Source: an uncultured delta proteobacterium
GTDB lineage: Bacteria > Myxococcota > Myxococcia > Myxococcales > Myxococcaceae
Length of the DNA: 64,000 nucleotides
Direction: 5' to 3'
Assembly (NCBI GenBank): GCA_963776345.1
Contig: CAVZMH010000015.1
Span: forward strand, 416,001 to 480,000
Shown piece by piece: positions 58,695-64,000 of the stretch. The translations under genes and the position numbers were made by a program. Below the pieces are notes generated by a model. It had not been told where the DNA came from. It did no database searches and saw only the letters and a list, made by a program, of their open reading frames with translations. Numbering within the stretch: the stretch's first letter is position 1; each line of letters starts with the position of its first letter.

Positions 58695-60389
58695 TCAACG
58701 AACCAGTGCCACGATCACCGAGCCCCACAGCGCCAGGAGGACGTTCCCCACCGCGTAGGTGACGCCGTAGCCCAGCGTCGGGATCTTGCTCCGGGCCACC
58801 TCCTGCACCGCCGCCAGGGCTGGGGCGGTCGTCCCTGCCCCACAGCACACCCCGAGCAGAATGCCGGGGTGCATCCGGAAGACGAACTTGCCCGCCAGCA
58901 AGGTGATGAGCTGAGGCACGATGACGATGGCGATCCCCGCCAGGAGCAGGCTCGGTCCGGAGTGCCGCAGCCCGCGAATGAAGTCCGGACCTGCGGCGAG
59001 CGCCGTCACCGACAGGAACGCGGTAAGGCCGAGCGAATCGAAGAGCGCCACCACCGCCTCGGGTAGACGCGGAATACGCCGGTTCACCGAGCGCAACCAG
59101 CCGAGGACCAGGCCACCCAGCAACACCCCCACGCTCTGGCTCAGCCCCAGCTCGAGTCCGCCGAGGCGGAGCGCGGGGATCCCGACCAGGCCTCCGACGA
59201 AGATCGCGGCCGCGACCAGCGCCATCTCGGTGGTGTTGGTTGCCCGATCGACGTAGCCGATGCTCCCCGCGACACGGGCGATGTCCTGGGGGATTCCCGC
59301 CAGGGTGAGCACGTCTCCCCTCGCCAGCCGGGTTCCTCCGGTCAGCGGCAGTTCGGCTCCGGCGCGGAGAATCCTCCGCAGGCCCACTCCGCGGATGAAG
59401 TCGGTTCCGGCTTGGCTGACGAACGCGCCCAGGGTGGCGCCGACGATCGACTTTTCGGTGAGCACCACGTCGACCGAGTCGACCCCGAAGTCGAGGAGTT
59501 CCTTGTCGTCGAGCTCCGGGCCGATCGCGCCTTGCGCGGCGATCACCCCGGCGCGACGGCCGGCGACGGCGAGGACGTCGCCCCGCTGGATGACAGTCTC
59601 GGGCGCGGTCTCGGAGATTCCCTCGCTGCGCCGGAGCCGAGGAATCAGCAGGCGTTGACCGCGCTCGAAGGATGCCTGCTCGACGGAGCGCACGGTCTTC
59701 CCGACGAAGCCCTCGCCCTCGGCGCGATAGGCGCGGAATGAAAAAGCCCGGTATCCGGTCGCGGTGGCAGCTTCACTGACCACGCCCATGCTCTTCTCAA
59801 GCGCCGAGCATTCCGCTGCGAGATCCACTCCCAGGATCCGCGGGGCGACGCGGGAGAGGAAGGCGATGTTGGTCAGCACCGCGAGGAAGTAGGTGACCGC
59901 GAAGGCCACCGCGATGTTGGTCAGCAACGACTGGGTCTGGGCAGGCTCGAGCCCGAGCCGATTGATCGCGTCGGTCGCGGTCCCGATGGTGGCCGATTCG
60001 GTCGTCGCCCCGCCCATGAGCCCGCCCGCGGTTCCCGCGTCGTACCCGAAGAATTTCGCTGCGCCGTAGGTCAGCCCGAGTGCGGTAAGACAGAAAACGA
60101 AGGTCAACGCGATCTGCGGGAGGCCGCTGGCCTTCAGCCCGCTGAAGAACTGCGGACCCGTGCGGTACCCGATGGAGAAGAGGAAGAGGAGAAAGAAAGT
60201 GGTCTTGAGGTCCGACGACACTGTGACCCCGACCTGCCCGATCACCGTTCCGGCAACGAGCACCCCGACCACAGGCCCCAGCACCACCGAGCCGATCCTG
60301 ATCCTTCCAATCCAGTAGCCGAAGGCGAGCGTCAAGAGGAGCGCCATCTCCGGATGGTGGCGAAGGACGTCCAGGATCCAGCTCCACAT
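58695..60389 (-). CDS. aspT: Aspartate:alanine antiporter (AAE family), copy 1
   Basis: HPEMALLLTL, GYRTGPQFF, TrkA-C domains, GYGVTYAVGN. Confidence 0.88.
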   Translation of the reverse strand: MWSWILDVLRHHPEMALLLTLAFGYWIGRIRIGSVVLGPVVGVLVAGTVIGQVGVTVSSDLKTTFFLLFLFSIGYRTGPQFFSGLKASGLPQIALTFVFCLTALGLTYGAAKFFGYDAGTAGGLMGGATTESATIGTATDAINRLGLEPAQTQSLLTNIAVAFAVTYFLAVLTNIAFLSRVAPRILGVDLAAECSALEKSMGVVSEAATATGYRAFSFRAYRAEGEGFVGKTVRSVEQASFERGQRLLIPRLRRSEGISETAPETVIQRGDVLAVAGRRAGVIAAQGAIGPELDDKELLDFGVDSVDVVLTEKSIVGATLGAFVSQAGTDFIRGVGLRRILRAGAELPLTGGTRLARGDVLTLAGIPQDIARVAGSIGYVDRATNTTEMALVAAAIFVGGLVGIPALRLGGLELGLSQSVGVLLGGLVLGWLRSVNRRIPRLPEAVVALFDSLGLTAFLSVTALAAGPDFIRGLRHSGPSLLLAGIAIVIVPQLITLLAGKFVFRMHPGILLGVCCGAGTTAPALAAVQEVARSKIPTLGYGVTYAVGNVLLALWGSVIVALVR

Positions 60390-60452
60390 CGGATGTCCCC
60401 CTCGGCTCTCGAGCGCTCGCCGGGGCCGGTCGAGATCTGACGTGGATGGTGC

Positions 60453-60496
60453 CTAGTCCTTGCTCCCTCGCCCCGGTATGGGGCGAAGGTCGTATG
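60453..60496 (-). promoter_or_regulatory. Candidate regulatory region upstream of aspT operon (CATACGACC...hairpin...CAAGGACTAG)
   Basis: Shares motifs with the ansB upstream region; 7-bp stem TCGCCCC/GGGGCGA at 60468-60486. Confidence 0.35.
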
Positions 60497-60659
60497 CCCT
60501 CCTCCTCGAGGCTGAATCCCCGGGTCAGGCATGCGATTTCTCGGGCGGCCTTCTACGAAGCCTGCTCGCCACCGCGCTCCACCGCGTACCAGGGCTGGTG
60601 CGTCACCTTCCACCATCCACGCGCAGACCCCACGGGTCGATCGGAGCCGGGCAAGCAGG

Positions 60660-61568
60660 TCAGGAGGCCGCCCCGACCAGACCTTTGAGGAACGCGTCGA
60701 CCAGGTCGAAGTAGGTCTTGATCGCCGGCGTCGCTCCGACGTCCGACGGTGAAGGCACGACCTTCGCCCCCGCCTTCTCGGCCACGCTCTCGGCGATCGA
60801 ACGGTTGTAGAAGTCCTCGACCAGGATCACCCTCACTCCCTCGCTACGCATGGTCTGGATGAGCTGCGCGAGGTGGGCCGGCGAGGGCGGAATCCCCGGG
60901 CGATTCTCGATGTAACCGACCTCTTCCAGGCGCAGCCACCTCGAGACGTAGCTCCAGCTCTGGTGATAGGTCACGACCTTCAGGCCGGAGAGCGGTCTGG
61001 CGAGCGCCTCCCACCTCGACGCGCTCGCCTTGAGCTCGTCGATGAATTGCTTGAACTGCGCCTCGAAGTACGCCTTGTCCTGCGGCCGCAATTGCTCGAG
61101 TCGGTCGCGGATTCCTTTCGCACAGCGCGCCGCGTTCACCGGCGGCAACCAGTAGTGCGGGTTCCCCATCGGGTGGATGTCGCCCTGGGAACGGTCGACC
61201 TTCGTCGCCGGCACGTCGAGCGGATCGATGACCGTCGAGAGGTCGAGGTCGCCCTGTTGCCCACGCTGGATCTTCTCGTTGCGCGAGCCCACCACCAGCG
61301 GGGGCAGCCAGCCGATCTCCAGCTCCAGCCCCACCCGGATCAAGAGATCCGCCCGGTTGAGCACCACCATGAGGTTCGGCTTCGCCTCCACGAAGTGCGG
61401 GTCCTGGTAGCCGTGCGACAGGCTCTGGACCTCCACCCGGTCGCCGCCCACCCGACGCGCGAGGTCGGCGAAGGTCTCGATGGTGGTGACCACCTTGAGC
61501 TTCTCCTCCGCCGCGGCTGGGGAGGCAATCTCCAGCGAGAGCAAGATCAGCGAGGCCGTACGAAGCAT
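60660..61568 (-). CDS. Zn/Mn ABC transporter substrate-binding protein (ZnuA/TroA family)
   Basis: DPH, GNPHYWL, YHQSW, PSPAHL. Confidence 0.9.
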   Translation of the reverse strand: MLRTASLILLSLEIASPAAAEEKLKVVTTIETFADLARRVGGDRVEVQSLSHGYQDPHFVEAKPNLMVVLNRADLLIRVGLELEIGWLPPLVVGSRNEKIQRGQQGDLDLSTVIDPLDVPATKVDRSQGDIHPMGNPHYWLPPVNAARCAKGIRDRLEQLRPQDKAYFEAQFKQFIDELKASASRWEALARPLSGLKVVTYHQSWSYVSRWLRLEEVGYIENRPGIPPSPAHLAQLIQTMRSEGVRVILVEDFYNRSIAESVAEKAGAKVVPSPSDVGATPAIKTYFDLVDAFLKGLVGAAS

Positions 61569-61593
61569 GATGGATCGCCCAGTGCCCGGGTGC

Positions 61594-62860
61594 TCAGAAC
61601 GGGTGCGCCCCATGCGCGCCGATCGCGACTTCCAGCTGAAGATACGTCGCATAAGCCTCCGGTCCGGAGAAGATCGATTGCCCGGCCGCCGGGGTCGTCT
61701 CGCGCTCCCCGTAGAGCCGGAGCCGCGCGAACTCGCTGAAGACGAAGGTGAGGCTCAGGCTCGTGCGCTGGACTCGCGGCTGCAACGTCGACTCGGGGAC
61801 ACCGAGGAAGTCCTGCCGCACGCCCAGGAGCCACCGCCGCGCCAGCTGGAAGACCAGCTGGGTGTAGAGGCCTCCATCCTGGGCAACCGCCTCCCCCGCG
61901 GTCAGCGGCTGCACCTGGCGCAGGAAGTATTCCGTCGTCCACGCCAGGCTGAAGTAGCCGTCCACGACGTTGGGCGGCTTGTACTTGAGATAGAGGTCGA
62001 CGCCCTCGATCGAGGTCGACGCGCCGTCACGCGGATAGGTGCTCTTTCCGAACGCTGCGTTGAGCCCACCGTAGAGGCTCAGCGCCTCGGTCACCGGCAC
62101 GAAGACCTTCAGCTCGGTGGTGTAGGTGAGGTCGGTTCGCTTGCCGCCGCCGAAGCTCGTCAGGTGACCGGTGTCCTCGGGGCGGCCAACGCTGAACGAC
62201 CTCCGCGCTGAGCTGCAGGAAGAACGAGGTGGGAAACAACCACGACACCTGGACCCCGGGAGAGCGCAGACCGTCGATCCCCAGGAAGGCCTCGTTGATC
62301 AACGGGCGGCGGGTGAAATCCTGGAGGTGCAGGTGCTGACCGTTCTGCCGGCCGAAGGCCGAACGAAAGACGCCTGCGCGCACCTGGAAGCCGGCCGGCA
62401 AGCTGGTGGTCGTCACCACCGCCTCCTCGACCTCGAGCCCCTCGAGATTGGGAATGGTGAGGAAGACGTCGGCGCGAAAGAACGGATCCACCACCGCCTG
62501 GAACGCGATCTCCAGCTCCTGCAGCGTGAAGCCGGCTGGTCGGTCGGAGGAGCCGCCTTTGAGGTCGGGGTCATCACCGGCGAGGCTGTAGCTGCGCTTG
62601 GTGGCGTAGCCGGCCGTCCCGTCGATGATGACCGAGAGGTCGGGATTGAAGCTCTGGAAGGCCCGCGCCGTCGGGCTGCTCGGGGCCGCCGGGGCGGCGC
62701 GCGGCCCCGTGGTGTCGCTCGCCGCGGCATCGATCTCCTCGAGAAGCGAGGGTCCGGTGCCGCCGTCGACCTGCCCACCGGCTCCCGCGTCCTGCGCACG
62801 AACAGGGACGGCGAGCGCGCCGAGCAGGAGCGCCACCGCCTGGAAGAGACCACCTCTCAT
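61594..62860 (-). CDS. Metal-associated outer-membrane beta-barrel protein ending GAHGAHPF, with +1 frameshift near 62197
   Basis: Signal peptide; FNPDLS, QELE, VDPFFRAD, EEA, FGRQNGQHLH; C-half ends QLEVAIGAHGAHPF. Confidence 0.72.
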
Positions 62861-62895
62861 GCGTTCGAGTCCCTCGCCTCTCATGCCCCCCGGGC

Positions 62896-63765
62896 TCACG
62901 ACTGTCGACCGACCCGGGTCTCCACCAGCCGCTTGAGACCCGCGATGCCCCAGATGCCCACCCCCAGCGCCACCATCACCGAGCCGGTGGGGAGAGACAG
63001 CGTCCATGACAGCGCGTACCCGCCGGCGGCGGAAGACACCGCGATCAGCACCGCGAGGAGGAGCACGGTCCGGAGCCGTTCGGAGAGGAGCAGCGCTGCT
63101 CCACCGGGAAGCACCAGGAGCGAGAAGACCGGCAACGCCCCGAGCGCACGCGTCGCCACCGCCACCGCCACCGCCAGGGAGAGGTGGAGCACCAGCTCCA
63201 CCGTCCGCACCGGCACTCCGGACACCCGCGCAGTGTCGGGATCGAACGAGGCAAAGAGGAAGGAACGAAAGAGAACGCCGTGCACCAGGAGGATGAGGAG
63301 CGCGGCGAAGCCGAGGTTCCAGAGGTCCTGCCGTCGGACCACCACCGCGTTGCCGAAGAGGAGGTCGCCGATCTCGTGCGCTTCCTGCGCGATCCGCGGG
63401 CTGGCGAGCACCAGCAGCACGAAGGCGCTCGCCCCCAGGTAGGCGAGCGCGACGGCGCTCTCGGGGGTCACCCGCCGCGAACGGGCCGGCATGGCCATCG
63501 CCGCGGCCCCCAGGCAGGCGAAGACCAGCGCCCACAGCGACGGGTCGAGCCAGAGAGGGGTCTCGCCGTGAGGCATGATGCCGGCGAAGCTGCCGACGAG
63601 AAAGGCGACCGCGACGCCAAGGCCCGACACCTGGCTCAGGGCTGCGCTCATGAAGACGATCCGGCGCAGCACCACGAAGAAGCTCAGGTAGCCCAGCATC
63701 GCCGAGGCGAGCACCGCGGCGAGCATCGGCTCTTCCCAGAGGAAGCGGGCATCCCAGAAGCTCAA
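62896..63765 (-). CDS. Metal ABC transporter permease
   Basis: VVLRRIVFMSAALSQ, LLFGN, SFDPDTA, LPTG; multi-TM. Confidence 0.9.
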   Translation of the reverse strand: MSFWDARFLWEEPMLAAVLASAMLGYLSFFVVLRRIVFMSAALSQVSGLGVAVAFLVGSFAGIMPHGETPLWLDPSLWALVFACLGAAAMAMPARSRRVTPESAVALAYLGASAFVLLVLASPRIAQEAHEIGDLLFGNAVVVRRQDLWNLGFAALLILLVHGVLFRSFLFASFDPDTARVSGVPVRTVELVLHLSLAVAVAVATRALGALPVFSLLVLPGGAALLLSERLRTVLLLAVLIAVSSAAGGYALSWTLSLPTGSVMVALGVGIWGIAGLKRLVETRVGRQS

Positions 63766-64000
63766 ACGGCGGTGCCTCCATCACCGTTGGCCGAGAGCCA
63801 GACGAACACCCGCCCGTTCTCGTGGCGCACCTCGACCGGGCGACCGTAGAGCGCGGTCATCCCCTGGGAGGTCACCACCTCGTGCGACGGACCGAGGGCG
63901 AAGTACCCCTTCGCGCCGTCGAGCAACACCACGGTCCTCGCGAACTCGGCGGCGGCGGAGATCTCATGGGTGACGAAGACCACCCCCATGTTTCTCCTGG
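63762..64000 (-). CDS. Metal ABC transporter ATP-binding protein, C-terminal fragment
   Basis: VVFVTHEI H-loop, LYG tail; runs off the window; upstream of the permease. Confidence 0.75.
   Translation of the reverse strand, partial: RRNMGVVFVTHEISAAAEFARTVVLLDGAKGYFALGPSHEVVTSQGMTALYGRPVEVRHENGRVFVWLSANGDGGTAV

Noticed and set aside
1..64000. CRISPR arrays, tRNA/rRNA, parS, integrase/transposase, prophage genes
   Set aside because: None recognised on reading; tRNAscan/Infernal could not be run

Overview
A very GC-rich, gene-dense bacterial chromosome segment with about 57 CDS. I found no rRNA, tRNA, CRISPR array or transposase. The gene order pyrE-padC-bacP-bacO-bacN-lysophospholipase-TPR-sgmT-tlyA-dxs-ispA-receiver-xseB-xseA and spoIID...queA-tgt-yajC-secD-secF...recJ-aspS points to a myxobacterium (Myxococcota, Myxococcus-like synteny; inferred from recalled gene order, not from a search). 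Best leads: (1) an exonuclease VII whose small subunit ends in an SSB-type acidic tail (DDDDIPF) and whose large subunit has an N-terminal clamp-binding-like motif (QGDLF); (2) an accessory asparagine/aspartate decarboxylation island (secreted asparaginase + DcaP-type porin converging on two AspT antiporters + AspD) whose two promoter regions share motifs; (3) a 77-bp AT-richer dyad between dxs and tlyA, made of two 38-bp arms starting GGGG and flanked by a 5-bp direct repeat, resembling a minimal Tn3-type element or a compound operator. Four clear single-base +1 frameshifts (dxs, two in a DUF3419/BtaA-like gene, one in a metal outer-membrane receptor) and one possible one most likely reflect sequencing indels. 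Most long ORFs in the supplied track are GC-rich shadow frames.
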